Positions 51,466 through 61,977 of a DNA stretch of 64,000 bases are shown one piece after another (position 1 is the stretch's first letter; each line of letters begins with the position of its first letter). A program made the translations under genes and the position numbers. The stretch comes from Nitrospirota bacterium (GTDB lineage Bacteria; Nitrospirota; UBA9217), in assembly GCA_963737155.1 (NCBI GenBank), contig CAVTRN010000002.1, forward strand, positions 1,600,001-1,664,000, given 5' to 3'. A model generated the notes under the pieces. It did no database searches. It was not told the DNA's origin and worked only from the letters and a program-made list of their open reading frames with translations.

Positions 51466-53033
51466 TGGAGAGAATTCATATAAAAGCCGTCAAAACCGCG
51501 GAGCATCTCAATGAGTCTTTCTTTGAAGTCAGGACGGATGACTTTAAGGATGTCTGCCGTAATCTGCATGACGACCTGCATGCAATCCTGCGGGTCATGT
51601 TCGCGTGCGATGAGCGTGAAAAAGATGGCCTGTTCAGGATTTACACCGTATTCTCCGTGCCTGGCAACGATCGTTTTTTCATTGTGGTTCTTCCGGTGCA
51701 GCCATCTGATCCCCGTTTCCCTTCCTTAACACAGACCATCCCGGCCGCTCACTGGTATGAACGGGAGATCAGCGACATGTTCGGGCTGTCACCTCAGGGC
51801 CATCCTGACGGACGAAGACTGGTCTTCCACGAGGCTTTCCCCGCTGCTTCCCATCCGCTCCGCAAGGATTGGAGCATGTCCGAAGCGGATAAACAGGAAT
51901 GGGGCGAAGGCACAACGATCAAGGTTCCCCATCCGTTCATGGAGGTTTCGGGCGAGGGGATTGTCGAGATCCCCGTCGGGCCGGTGCATGCTGGCATCAT
52001 TGAACCTGGCCACTTTCGGTTCAGCGCCATCGGGGAGACGATCTTTTTCCTCGAGCCGAGGCTGTTTTATACCCATAAAGGGACGGAAAAACATTTCGAG
52101 ACAATGACGTTCCCCGAAGGAGTAAAACTAGCCGAACGGGTATCAGGGACTTCGTCCTTTGCTCACGGCGCGGCCTACTGCATGGCCGTCGAGCGCATGC
52201 TGGGTATCGCTATCACGGAAAAAGCAGCTGCCGTTAGAACGCTCGTTCTTGAGCTTGAGCGTATTTACAACCATATTGGCGATATCGGGAATATGTGCGC
52301 GGGGACAGCGCTCAATTTGGGCTATATGAAAGGCGCTGTTATCAAGGAACGGCTTATGCAATTGAACGAGCGTGTCACCGGGAGCAGGTACCTTCGCGGT
52401 TTGAACGTCGTCGGCGGTGTCACAAAAGATGTTTTTGAACAGGCGGACGATATTCTCAAAACGCTCGACAGCGCCACACAAGAATACAAGGAACTCATGG
52501 ATTTTCTGCTCGGATCGGTTTCTCATGTCGAGCGTCTTGAGAACACGGGGAAACTTTCGAAAGATATTGCACGCAAGCTTGGCGTCACCGGCGTGGCCGC
52601 CCGGGCTTCTGGCCTGACAGATGATCTGAGGAAATCCCATCCCCATTTGCTTTATGACCAATTGATATTCGAGGCCCATACCCATGAAAAAGGGGATGTG
52701 CTCGCACGCATGATGATCAGGGCCGAGGAAGCAGAGTGCTCCTTTTCCATGATCCATGCTCTTCTTGAAAGCGGCTATAAAGGGGACTTAACTGTTCCGT
52801 TTAAGGCCGCGCCGCCTTATGCCTCTGCGTTGGGCTACGCGGAAACGCCGAGAGGTTCCCTGTTCTACTGGGTGATGGCAGACAAGGATGGCAAACCGCT
52901 CAGGGTTAAATATCGTTCTCCATCGTACTGCAACTGGCCGGCTGTGCCTTTTGCAGTTCACGGCAACATTGTTCCCGACTTTCCGCTATGCAACAAGAGC
53001 TTCAATTTGTCCTACTCGGGAACTGATATGTAG
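51465..53033 (+). CDS. NuoC/NuoD-fused hydrogenase-like large subunit without Ni ligands (EhrL-like, copy 1)
   Basis: WYEREI.DMFG, GPVHAGIIEPGHFRF and ELERIYNH. L1 position reads ERVSGTSSFAH; L2 position reads DFPLCNKSFNLSYSG. Confidence 0.88.
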   Translation: MERIHIKAVKTAEHLNESFFEVRTDDFKDVCRNLHDDLHAILRVMFACDEREKDGLFRIYTVFSVPGNDRFFIVVLPVQPSDPRFPSLTQTIPAAHWYEREISDMFGLSPQGHPDGRRLVFHEAFPAASHPLRKDWSMSEADKQEWGEGTTIKVPHPFMEVSGEGIVEIPVGPVHAGIIEPGHFRFSAIGETIFFLEPRLFYTHKGTEKHFETMTFPEGVKLAERVSGTSSFAHGAAYCMAVERMLGIAITEKAAAVRTLVLELERIYNHIGDIGNMCAGTALNLGYMKGAVIKERLMQLNERVTGSRYLRGLNVVGGVTKDVFEQADDILKTLDSATQEYKELMDFLLGSVSHVERLENTGKLSKDIARKLGVTGVAARASGLTDDLRKSHPHLLYDQLIFEAHTHEKGDVLARMMIRAEEAECSFSMIHALLESGYKGDLTVPFKAAPPYASALGYAETPRGSLFYWVMADKDGKPLRVKYRSPSYCNWPAVPFAVHGNIVPDFPLCNKSFNLSYSGTDM

Positions 53034-53142
53034 GAGATAGGACGGAAACAGCAAGCAGGCGGGATTAAAAGGAGAAGGTGAACAGTCGAACGCAGACAGG
53101 AGAGAAAATGAAAAGCAGCGACAGGCTTAAATCTGTCGTATT

Positions 53143-53679
53143 ATGGCAGGGGAAATGATCAAAGAAATTATCAAGAACGTGTTTTCAAAAAAACAAGTCA
53201 TTCCGTTCCCCGTGGGATTCAACGTCACGGTAGAGCAGGCAGCGAAGATTGTTGACTTTCAGAAAAAGATTGATACAATCTTCGGCAGGTCTCTTCGTAT
53301 CAGGCATGTTGATGCCGGGTCGTGCAATGCCTGCGAATGGGAGTGCACGGCGCTTACGAACCCGATTTATGACATCCAGAGGTTCGGCATCGACTTTGTT
53401 GCTTCACCGAGACATGCCGATGTGCTTCTGGTGACCGGCCCGGTATCCCGGCAGATGGAATTAGCTTTAAAGAGGACTGAACTTGCGACTCCGGAACCAA
53501 GGCTTGTCGTGGCCTGTGGCGACTGTGCACATGACGGTGGAATATATAAAGGAAGCTACGCGATTACGAATGGCGTAGCGAACGTTCTTCCGGTGGACGC
53601 CGTCATTCCCGGATGTCCGCCAACACCGACAGCAATCATTCTGGCTCTTTCCACGATCATCGACAAGTTTGCGCGATGA
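53143..53679 (+). CDS. NuoB/HycG-like small Fe-S subunit (copy 1)
   Basis: GSCNACE, SPRHADVLLVTG, GDC and PGCPP. Confidence 0.9.
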   Translation: MAGEMIKEIIKNVFSKKQVIPFPVGFNVTVEQAAKIVDFQKKIDTIFGRSLRIRHVDAGSCNACEWECTALTNPIYDIQRFGIDFVASPRHADVLLVTGPVSRQMELALKRTELATPEPRLVVACGDCAHDGGIYKGSYAITNGVANVLPVDAVIPGCPPTPTAIILALSTIIDKFAR

Positions 53680-53739
53680 GCTGATTATGCAAGTATAGTA
53701 TTCCCGCGAGCTGATCGGCTACAGGTTGAAGATGCAAGG

Positions 53740-55812
53740 ATGTCCGGATTCCAGGGAGATTATGGCATGCTTCTCTCACCTATCAGCATCATTTCATCGT
53801 CTTTCGTAGTGATTTTTCTGGTCCTGGCGCTGACGCCGTTTCTTCGCTTCAACCAACGACTCCTCATCAATGTCTGCTTCTTTCTTGCCGCCATCGCATC
53901 GTTCTCCGTTGCCGTCGCCGGCTTTTGGTCCCTGGCGGGCGGCATCACAACCCAAGTCGTTCTGCCCCTTGGTCTGCCTGATCTTCCATTCCATCTGAGA
54001 ATCGATCTCCTGTCAGGGTATTTTCTCGTTGTAGTGGGACTGCTCGCATTTTTCGTATCTATTTATTCAATCGGATACGTCAAGGGGTTCCTCGGCCAGC
54101 GGTCGGTGACGCATCTGGTAGTCTTTTATAACCTTTTTCTCGCCGGGATGTTTATGGTCGTTCTGGCCGATGATGCCTTGTTCTTCCTGATTGCCTGGGA
54201 AATGATGGCGGCATCATCCTATTTCCTCGTGATGTTTGAGGACGAGCGGGTCGAAAACCGCAGGGCGGCTTTCCTCTATCTCGTCGTTGCTCATGTCGGC
54301 GCCATAGCGATTCTCCTGTCCTTCGGTGTTTTGGCCGGTCTCACGACCGGCTTCTCCGGATTTCAGAACTATACGTTTGCCGCCATGCGCACAACTCACC
54401 TCCCTCCGGAGATGGCGACCCTTGCGTTCCTGCTCGCGTTTTTCGGCTTTGCGGCAAAGGCTGGCGTGATTCCATTGCACATTTGGCTACCGGAAGCGCA
54501 CCCTGTTGCACCTTCGAATGTATCGGCGCTGATGAGCGGTGTAATGCTCAAGACCGCGATCTACGGCATCATTCGGGTCGTGTTCGACCTGATCCGTACA
54601 TTCCCCTGGTGGTGGGGCGCGCTGGTACTTGTCTTCGGCCTTATTTCAGCGGTTATGGGCGTTCTGTATGCTCTGATGCAGCACGATCTCAAGAGGTTGC
54701 TCGCCTATCATTCTGTGGAGAATATCGGCATTATTCTGATCGGTATTGGACTTGCAATGATCTTCACATCCTTTAACATGTCGCTCCTCGCTGCCCTGGC
54801 ATTGATCGCGGGTCTTTATCACACACTGAACCATGCCATGTTCAAGGGTCTGCTCTTCATGGGCGCGGGTTCTGTGCTCCATGCCACCCATGAACGCAAT
54901 ATGGAAGAAATGGGTGGCCTCATCCGATTCATGCCCTGGACCGCCGTTTTCTTTTTGATCGGCTGCATTTCGATCTCGGCTCTGCCACCCTTTAACGGTT
55001 TTGTCTCGGAATGGCTGACCTATCAGGCGTTCCTGCTCTCTCCTGCGCTTCCCAGCCCGCTATTGAACTTGCTGATTCCGCTCGGAGCTGCGCTTCTCGC
55101 CCTTACCAGCGCGCTCGCGGCAGCTTGTTTTGTCAAGGCCTTCGGCGTGACTTTCCTAGGACATCAGCGAGGACATCAAGGCGGACGCATTCATGAAACG
55201 GGATGGTCCATGCGTTTGGGCATGCTGCTCGCGGCGCTCGCCTGTCTCGGCTTGGGTGTTTTCCCGACTTATATGATCAGCTGGATGGACCCTCTTGCGG
55301 AGAAACTGGTGGGAGGAAAAATCGCCGCTTCAGCGTCGGGTCTGGGATGGCTGTGGCTCACCCCGATTGCAGCTGAACGTGCTTCCTATTCCGCCCCCCT
55401 TACATTCATGGGAATTCTTACCGTTGTGATCGCGACTTATCTCCTGCTTCATGCGCGGCCAGGCGCCATCCGTCGGGCACCGCTCTGGGATTGCGGTTTT
55501 GAAAAAGTTACAAGCAGAATGCAGTACACGGCCACTTCCTTTGCCATGCCGCTCCGGAGGATTTTTGGTTTTCTATTCAGCATTAAAGAGCATGTGCGAG
55601 AGCATCCTCCTGTTCCGCATCCCGCCTTCCCGGACCGTATTCATTACCATCTTCGCATAAGAGATCGCTTCTGGATCTGGATGTACCAGCCTGTCATAGA
55701 TGCGAGTTTCTGGCTTTCCCGAAGAATCGGGAGAATGCAGCAGGGGCGGATACAAATATATCTCATTTACTCATTCGTTACGATTCTGGTTCTGCTAATA
55801 TTTTCAAGATAG
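53740..55812 (+). CDS. hyfB: HyfB-like antiporter-type subunit (Ehr copy 2)
   Basis: KAGVIPLHIWLPEAHPVAPS, KRLLAYHSVEN and WDCG...MQYT. Start may be 53767. Confidence 0.9.
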   Translation: MSGFQGDYGMLLSPISIISSSFVVIFLVLALTPFLRFNQRLLINVCFFLAAIASFSVAVAGFWSLAGGITTQVVLPLGLPDLPFHLRIDLLSGYFLVVVGLLAFFVSIYSIGYVKGFLGQRSVTHLVVFYNLFLAGMFMVVLADDALFFLIAWEMMAASSYFLVMFEDERVENRRAAFLYLVVAHVGAIAILLSFGVLAGLTTGFSGFQNYTFAAMRTTHLPPEMATLAFLLAFFGFAAKAGVIPLHIWLPEAHPVAPSNVSALMSGVMLKTAIYGIIRVVFDLIRTFPWWWGALVLVFGLISAVMGVLYALMQHDLKRLLAYHSVENIGIILIGIGLAMIFTSFNMSLLAALALIAGLYHTLNHAMFKGLLFMGAGSVLHATHERNMEEMGGLIRFMPWTAVFFLIGCISISALPPFNGFVSEWLTYQAFLLSPALPSPLLNLLIPLGAALLALTSALAAACFVKAFGVTFLGHQRGHQGGRIHETGWSMRLGMLLAALACLGLGVFPTYMISWMDPLAEKLVGGKIAASASGLGWLWLTPIAAERASYSAPLTFMGILTVVIATYLLLHARPGAIRRAPLWDCGFEKVTSRMQYTATSFAMPLRRIFGFLFSIKEHVREHPPVPHPAFPDRIHYHLRIRDRFWIWMYQPVIDASFWLSRRIGRMQQGRIQIYLIYSFVTILVLLIFSR

Positions 55813-55827
55813 CTTTAGGGGGCCTGG

Positions 55828-56772
55828 TTGAATATCGATCCTTTCATCATGGAAGTTTTCCAAGTCGCTGTCCTGCTTATCGTTGCTCCGCTTTTCACGG
55901 GCTGGATTAAAATGGTGAAGTGCTGGTTCCAAGGCCGGACTTCTCCGAGCCTTTTTCAGCCCTGGCGCGACATCCTTAAGCTCTTCTCAAAGGACGTGAC
56001 GCTCGCAGAAAATGCCTCTTGGATATTTCGCTTTACGCCGTATCTCGTCTTCGGCGTATCGGTCATGGCGGGCAGCATCATCCCCGTCCTCTCGATGGAC
56101 CTACCGATGTCGGCCACGGCCGATGTCATCGCCCTGGTGGCGCTTTTTGCCATAGCGCGTTTTTTTACTGCCCTGGCGGGAATGGACATCGGCACAGCCT
56201 TCGGAGGTATGGGGGCGAGCCGCGAGATGACCATTGCCTCGCTGGCTGAACCGGCCATGCTCATGGCAGTCTTCGCCGTTTCCCTCGTAGGCAAGTCCAC
56301 GTCGTTGTCGCAGATGGCTGTCGTCATTTCCCAAGGACATACTCTTCTAAGACCGTCAATGGTCTTCGCGCTTCTTGCCTATGTTCTGATTACCCTGGCG
56401 GAAACGGGAAGGGTACCCGTAGACAATCCTGCGACCCATCTGGAACTGACGATGATTCATGAGGCCATGATTCTCGAATACTCGGGCAGACATCTGGCCC
56501 TCATAGAATGGGCGAGCATGATGAAACTTTTTCTTTTCGCCGTGCTGGGTATCGTGTCTTTTTTCCCCTGGGGAATTCCCCGAAGTGGAGATCTGTTCTT
56601 CGTTGCCATTGCCCTGCCTGTCCTGTTGTTCAAACTCGCAGGCATCGGGGTGGTACTCGTGCTGATCGAGACCGGTCTGGCGAAGATGCGAATTTTCCGG
56701 GTAACCGAGTTCCTGGGAACCGCTTTTCTCTTCGCCACAATAGGGATGATGTCGTATTTTATGCTGGAATAA
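55828..56772 (+). CDS. hyfC: HyfC/HycD (NuoH-like) subunit (copy 2)
   Basis: FGGMGASRE and ETGRVPVDNPATHLELTMIHEAM. Confidence 0.88.
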   Translation: MNIDPFIMEVFQVAVLLIVAPLFTGWIKMVKCWFQGRTSPSLFQPWRDILKLFSKDVTLAENASWIFRFTPYLVFGVSVMAGSIIPVLSMDLPMSATADVIALVALFAIARFFTALAGMDIGTAFGGMGASREMTIASLAEPAMLMAVFAVSLVGKSTSLSQMAVVISQGHTLLRPSMVFALLAYVLITLAETGRVPVDNPATHLELTMIHEAMILEYSGRHLALIEWASMMKLFLFAVLGIVSFFPWGIPRSGDLFFVAIALPVLLFKLAGIGVVLVLIETGLAKMRIFRVTEFLGTAFLFATIGMMSYFMLE

Positions 56773-56858
56773 TGCGTGAAATACAAACGTCCCTGGATGC
56801 CAGAGTGACCGGTCCCTTAAGTTCTCTGTTTATTGCAAAATCATGAAAGAGGTATGTC

Positions 56859-57524
56859 ATGAACGCGCATCTCGCATCACAGCTTAACAGCCTGCTTGCC
56901 TCCTTTATTCTGTTGACGGCATTCGCTCTGGTCGTTCAAAGGCGGATGAACGCTCTGCTGCACCTCTTTGCCTGGCAGGGTTTGTTTCTTGCCGTGAGCA
57001 CGGCCATCGTGGGGTATTTGGGCGGAGCGCATGACCTTTACATTTCGTCCATCCTTACCCTTGCGATCAAGGTCGTTTTTTTGCCCTATATTTTGCACAG
57101 ACTTATCGTAAAGCTGAAAATACACAAGGAAGTGGAAACTGTAATGAACATTCCCGCGACCATGCTTATGGGAATCGTACTCGTGATCTTCTCCTATCAT
57201 TTGACCGCCCCAATTAGGGAACTCTCGACGCTGGTTACCCGCTCAACCCTGGCAGTTGCCTTGGCCACGGTCATGCTGGGTTTTTTGATGATGATAACAC
57301 GCAAGCATGCGGTCACGCAGATCATCGGGTTTCTCGCCATGGAGAACGGTCTACTCTTCGCGGCGACAAGCGCGACTTACGGGATGCCATTAGTGGTCGA
57401 GTTGGGTGTGGCGCTGGATCTTTTGATCGCGGCTTTTATCTTTGGGATGTTCTTCTTCCATATCAGCACTACTTTCGACAGCCTCGACGTGGACCAGATG
57501 GCGAGGCTTAAGGAAGAAGATTAG
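56859..57524 (+). CDS. hyfE: HyfE-like membrane subunit (copy 2)
   Basis: GFLAMENG and GMPLVVELGVALD. Confidence 0.86.
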   Translation: MNAHLASQLNSLLASFILLTAFALVVQRRMNALLHLFAWQGLFLAVSTAIVGYLGGAHDLYISSILTLAIKVVFLPYILHRLIVKLKIHKEVETVMNIPATMLMGIVLVIFSYHLTAPIRELSTLVTRSTLAVALATVMLGFLMMITRKHAVTQIIGFLAMENGLLFAATSATYGMPLVVELGVALDLLIAAFIFGMFFFHISTTFDSLDVDQMARLKEED

Positions 57525-57634
57525 TCGGGCGTTTACTTCTTAGAGGTGTCAGAATACTGGTGAATTTGCCCTATTTCCCTGTGCAATCCTTTTATCTGAT
57601 ATTCGGCAAAATGCGTTCGTGAATTGAGGTTGGC

Positions 57635-59083
57635 GTGGTTCTTCTCATCCTTTTAGTCGTGCCGCTTGTCGCATCCCTGACGCTGGCCTTCGTCGGCGAA
57701 CGGAAGTTCGCTCCCGAGGTGAACATCGCAGGATCCGCGGCAACCTTTGCAACAAGTATCGTGCTGGCCCTCCAGGTCTATGATCAGGGCCCGATGCTCG
57801 CTGGGAACAATTTCTTTTTCATCGATGCTTTCAGCGTTTACCTAACGGTCCTCACTGCGTTCGTATCCATGACTACGTCTGTTTTCAGCAGACGATACAT
57901 GCGGTGCGAACGGGAACACGGTACCATAGGCCATCGGAGAATTCGCTTCTACCACTCCATGTTTCAGCTCTTCATTTTTGCTATGCTGCTCTGCCTTCTA
58001 ACTAACAACGTGGGCATTCTCTGGATCGCTATGGAGCTGGCAACACTATCCACGGTCCTTCTTGTTTCCCTCTACCGCACGCCCGCGGCAATAGAAGCCG
58101 CCTGGAAATACTTCATTCTCTGCGGCGTCGGTATCGCTCTTGCACTCTTCGGGACTGTACTTCTCTATTTCGCCGCGGAAAAAGTTCTTGGCGCGGGGGG
58201 CGCGGCCCTCGATTGGACAAACCTCGCCCAGGTGAGCGACAAGCTGGAACCGACCATCCTGTCGCTGGCCTTCGTCTTTCTCGTAGTCGGCTACGGCACA
58301 AAAGTGGGCCTTGTCCCGATCCACAACTGGCTGCCCGATGCCCACAGTGAGGGTCCCACACCGATCTCGGCTGTCCTCTCCGGACTTTTGCTTAACATCG
58401 CGCTCTATGCGGTGGTGCGGTGCAAGGTGCTGGTCGACGGTTCGACGGGTAACCACCATTCGGGCAACATCATGATGGGTTTCGGCATCATATCGATCCT
58501 CGTGGCCTCATTCTCGCTCCTGCGTCAGAAGGATATTAAACGGCTCTTCGCCTATTCATCCATCGAACATATGGGAATTGCCACTTTTGCCTTTGGCCTC
58601 GGTGGACCGGTGGCAACCTTCGGTGCGCTTCTCCACATGCTGGTGCACAGTCTGACTAAGTCGTCCATCTTTTTTACCGTGGGACACGCATCCCAGATGC
58701 ACCGGACGCAGGAGATGGCAAAGATCAAGGGACTCATCCGGGGCAATCCGCTTGTAGGATGGGGGCTGGCACTGGGGGTTATGGCGATCGTAGGGATGCC
58801 TCCCTTCGGCATTTTCACAAGCGAGTTTCTGATACTTACTGCGACGATCAAGGACGCGCCTCTGTTCTCGCCTTTTCTTCTTCTCGGGCTCGCTGTTTCC
58901 TTTGCTGCGCTGTTTCGAAGGGTACAGCACATGGTGTCCGGTGAGGTTCCGGCCCATCAGAAAGGCTTGAAGGCTGCGCATGTCCCGGTGATATTGCATC
59001 TTTTCGTGGTCCTCATTCTGGGTCTGTATATGCCGGCATTTTTAGCAGGATGGTTCCATACAGCGACCTTGCTGCTAAAATAG
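57635..59083 (+). CDS. hyfF: HyfF-like antiporter-type subunit (copy 2)
   Basis: EAAWKYFILCGVG and GYGTKVGLVPIHNWLPDAHSEGPTP. Confidence 0.9.
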   Translation: MVLLILLVVPLVASLTLAFVGERKFAPEVNIAGSAATFATSIVLALQVYDQGPMLAGNNFFFIDAFSVYLTVLTAFVSMTTSVFSRRYMRCEREHGTIGHRRIRFYHSMFQLFIFAMLLCLLTNNVGILWIAMELATLSTVLLVSLYRTPAAIEAAWKYFILCGVGIALALFGTVLLYFAAEKVLGAGGAALDWTNLAQVSDKLEPTILSLAFVFLVVGYGTKVGLVPIHNWLPDAHSEGPTPISAVLSGLLLNIALYAVVRCKVLVDGSTGNHHSGNIMMGFGIISILVASFSLLRQKDIKRLFAYSSIEHMGIATFAFGLGGPVATFGALLHMLVHSLTKSSIFFTVGHASQMHRTQEMAKIKGLIRGNPLVGWGLALGVMAIVGMPPFGIFTSEFLILTATIKDAPLFSPFLLLGLAVSFAALFRRVQHMVSGEVPAHQKGLKAAHVPVILHLFVVLILGLYMPAFLAGWFHTATLLLK

Positions 59084-59137
59084 AGAGAATCAGGATACGA
59101 TGCAGCAGTTAAAAAAGCAAATTCCTCGACTGATTGA

Positions 59138-60742
59138 GTGGCCACCAAATTTAGCAGCGGTTTAAATGATATGATCAGACTCAAGAATCTTATTATGCAC
59201 TTGTTGGGTGCCGATGCCCGAGAGGACGAGAACCTGGCGCCATCAACCGTCATGTCTCTTATCGTGCCCCGTCATCGTTTTTCCGAGGCCGCGAAAGCGC
59301 TCAAGAAGGAATACGCGCTCTTGGCAGCGGAATGGGCTTCTGATGAGACACCTTTCGGAAGAGGTTTCGGTATTTACGCCTGTTATCGCCGGGAGCAGGA
59401 ATATCTGGTAATCAAGACCGAGACGCCCGTGGATGATCCGACGTTTCCCACTTTGACGAAGAAATTTGTTCCGGCCTATAGATTCGAACGACAGATGCAA
59501 AGTCTTATGGGGGTCACAGCGGTTGGACATCCCGATGTCCGGCCCTGGATCAAGCATGAAGACTGGCCCCAAGATGCGTGGCCGCTCAGAAAATCCTTTA
59601 ATGCCGTTAACCGGTTGCCCCGGGTTCCCGGTGAATATCGATGGATTCGCGCCGAAGGCGAGGGTGTGTACGAAATTGCTGTTGGTCCGGTGCACGCGGG
59701 CATCATCGAACCAGGCCATTTCCGTTTTCAGGCTATGGGGGAAGATATACTCAACCTCGAGGAGAGGCTGGGTTACGTTCACAAGGGCATTGAAAAACGA
59801 TTTGAGTCGCTCTCCTGGCACGAAGCATCCCGCCTTGCCAGTAGGGTATCGGGCGATACGACTGTCGCACACAGCCTGGCCTATGCACAGGCGGTCGAGG
59901 CACTTACGGGCTGCATACCTCCTGACCGGGCGTTATGGCTTCGGGCACTGTTTCTTGAACGGGAGCGTATTGCGAATCATCTGGGCGATCTTGGTGCAAT
60001 CTGCAACGATGTGGCTTTTGCCTTCCTCCTCTATCAATTCCACCGTCTGAAAGAAATTGTTGTTCGCACGAATCTGAAGCTATTCGGTCACCGCTTTATG
60101 ATGGACGGAGTCATTCTTGGCGGCGTTGTCCCAGACATTACCGCTGAAGGCTCACAGGAAATCCTTCTTGAAATGGACTGGCTAGAGAGGGAATTCGAGC
60201 GGCTCGTTGTAATATACGACGAGAACCCCTCGCTGGAGGACCGCATCAGGGACACAGGCATACTGACGCCCGAGAAGGCGCGGGACCTCTGCGTTGTAGG
60301 ATTCGTTGCGCGGGCAAGTGGGCTGAACCTAGACTGCCGCATTCATCATCCTTTCCCGCCCTATGATCGCATCGACATCACCATCCCGGTGCTCGTATCC
60401 GGGGACGTTCATTCCCGGGCATGGGTCCGCGTTGAGGAAATCCGCGATTCCATCCGTATCGTCCGCAAGATTCTCAGGACGTTGCCCCCTGGTAAAATCC
60501 TGGTTCCTGTTGATGCGCCTATGCCGGATCGGTCGGGCTTCTCCGCCGTCGAAGGGTGGCGCGGCGAGATTCTCTACTGGGTCCAGTCGGGTCCGACGGG
60601 CGATATCAATAGATGCATGGTAAGAGACCCCTCGAGCGTGAACTGGCTGGGGCTGGAACAATGCATTCACGGCAACATTGTTCCCGATTTCCCGTTGTGC
60701 AACAAGAGCTTTAATCAATCATACTCGGGGAATGATTTGTGA
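59138..60742 (+). CDS. NuoC/NuoD-fused hydrogenase-like large subunit without Ni ligands (EhrL-like, copy 2)
   Basis: GPVHAGIIEPGHFRF and ERERIANH. L1 position reads SRVSGDTTVAH; L2 position reads DFPLCNKSFNQSYSG. Start uncertain (59138 or 59171). Confidence 0.88.
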   Translation: MATKFSSGLNDMIRLKNLIMHLLGADAREDENLAPSTVMSLIVPRHRFSEAAKALKKEYALLAAEWASDETPFGRGFGIYACYRREQEYLVIKTETPVDDPTFPTLTKKFVPAYRFERQMQSLMGVTAVGHPDVRPWIKHEDWPQDAWPLRKSFNAVNRLPRVPGEYRWIRAEGEGVYEIAVGPVHAGIIEPGHFRFQAMGEDILNLEERLGYVHKGIEKRFESLSWHEASRLASRVSGDTTVAHSLAYAQAVEALTGCIPPDRALWLRALFLERERIANHLGDLGAICNDVAFAFLLYQFHRLKEIVVRTNLKLFGHRFMMDGVILGGVVPDITAEGSQEILLEMDWLEREFERLVVIYDENPSLEDRIRDTGILTPEKARDLCVVGFVARASGLNLDCRIHHPFPPYDRIDITIPVLVSGDVHSRAWVRVEEIRDSIRIVRKILRTLPPGKILVPVDAPMPDRSGFSAVEGWRGEILYWVQSGPTGDINRCMVRDPSSVNWLGLEQCIHGNIVPDFPLCNKSFNQSYSGNDL

Positions 60743-60890
60743 AATTATTTTCAATAGAGTGTCAAAGAATCAATGACACATGGCAGAATTCAAAGGACAA
60801 ATCAAGCATGAACTCTGCAGGGTTTACGCAGCGTTTATTTGGTCTTTGAATCGATATTTGGATTCTGATCCTTGAACGTTTAGGAGTCTC

Positions 60891-61406
60891 ATGCTACGTA
60901 TTCTTCGACAGATATTCCACACCGGCATCGTTACTGAGCCGCTTCCCCCCATCACTGATCCGAGGATCGAGAAGATCGGAGTGGATCTGGCGGAGATCGT
61001 CAAACGCCGCTTCAAGGGGAGTCTTGCCATCCGGCAGGTCGACGCAGGCTCCTGCAACGCATGCGAACTCGAAATCCATGCGATGAATAACGTCATGTAT
61101 AATTGTGAGCGCTTTGGTATTCATTTCACTGCTTCTCCACGGTTTGCGGATCTCCTTCTGGTTACCGGTCCTGTATCACACAATATGGAGATCGCTCTCA
61201 GGAGGACCTTTGATGCGACTACGACACCGAAAATCGTAATAGCCGTGGGCGATTGCGGATGTACGGGTGGCATATTCGGTGAGAGTTACGCTTCCCTCGG
61301 CGGGATTGAGAAAGTAATCCCTGTTGATGCAAGCATACCGGGATGTCCACCAACACCGACTGCCCTGCTTCAGGGCATCCTGAAGGCGATCGGTGGATTG
61401 GGCTGA
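60891..61406 (+). CDS. NuoB/HycG-like small Fe-S subunit (copy 2)
   Basis: GSCNACE, SPRFADLLLVTG, GDC and PGCPP. Confidence 0.9.
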   Translation: MLRILRQIFHTGIVTEPLPPITDPRIEKIGVDLAEIVKRRFKGSLAIRQVDAGSCNACELEIHAMNNVMYNCERFGIHFTASPRFADLLLVTGPVSHNMEIALRRTFDATTTPKIVIAVGDCGCTGGIFGESYASLGGIEKVIPVDASIPGCPPTPTALLQGILKAIGGLG

Positions 61407-61977
61407 TTTTAGCTCGAAAATAAAGACGAGGGAATAGTCACGCTACCTTTGGAAAAGACGACCCTATGACCGGCAGAGGATTTTGCTATTACGAGACAGC
61501 CAGTTTGCTGCAGGTGAATCATCAACGTACTCCTGGGGGCGTACTTGGGAAGTCAAGCGGTCATTTATGATATGATAGAAGCAGGAGGTCTGAAGCAATG
61601 GAATCCTGGCGATATCAGGATGAATGCCGAAGTGCAATGGGACGAGCATTTATGGACGTGGGAAAAAGCATTGCATAGAGTAGAAAGGTTGCTTTCGGAA
61701 CATCTCCCGTGGATTTGGACGTGATCGTTTCTCCGTTGTTCAGGTTGTGCTGGCATGCTTCATGCCATCGGACCATGTAGTTGCTATCGATAGAAGACAC
61801 AACTGGAATAGAGGGGAAAAATGTGTCGCATGTTCCTAGCTAAGACGATATTCATGGTTAGTAATGTGTCAGGAACATCTCCCGCTGAAGTGACGCAATG
61901 ATTTTTGCGGGAGGCAAGGTACGGGTTCGACGTGCGTGCCGGGTGCAAGTTCCTTGTTTTGGAGGGCAGCATTTATT

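Noticed and set aside
46270-61406. True [NiFe] hydrogenase-4 or formate hydrogenlyase
   Set aside because: Both large subunits lack the L1 and L2 CxxC Ni ligands, and no maturation genes are present in the window.
61821-61901. MCRMF start as a class II glutamine amidotransferase remnant
   Set aside because: Only a few matching residues before a stop at codon 27; insufficient evidence.
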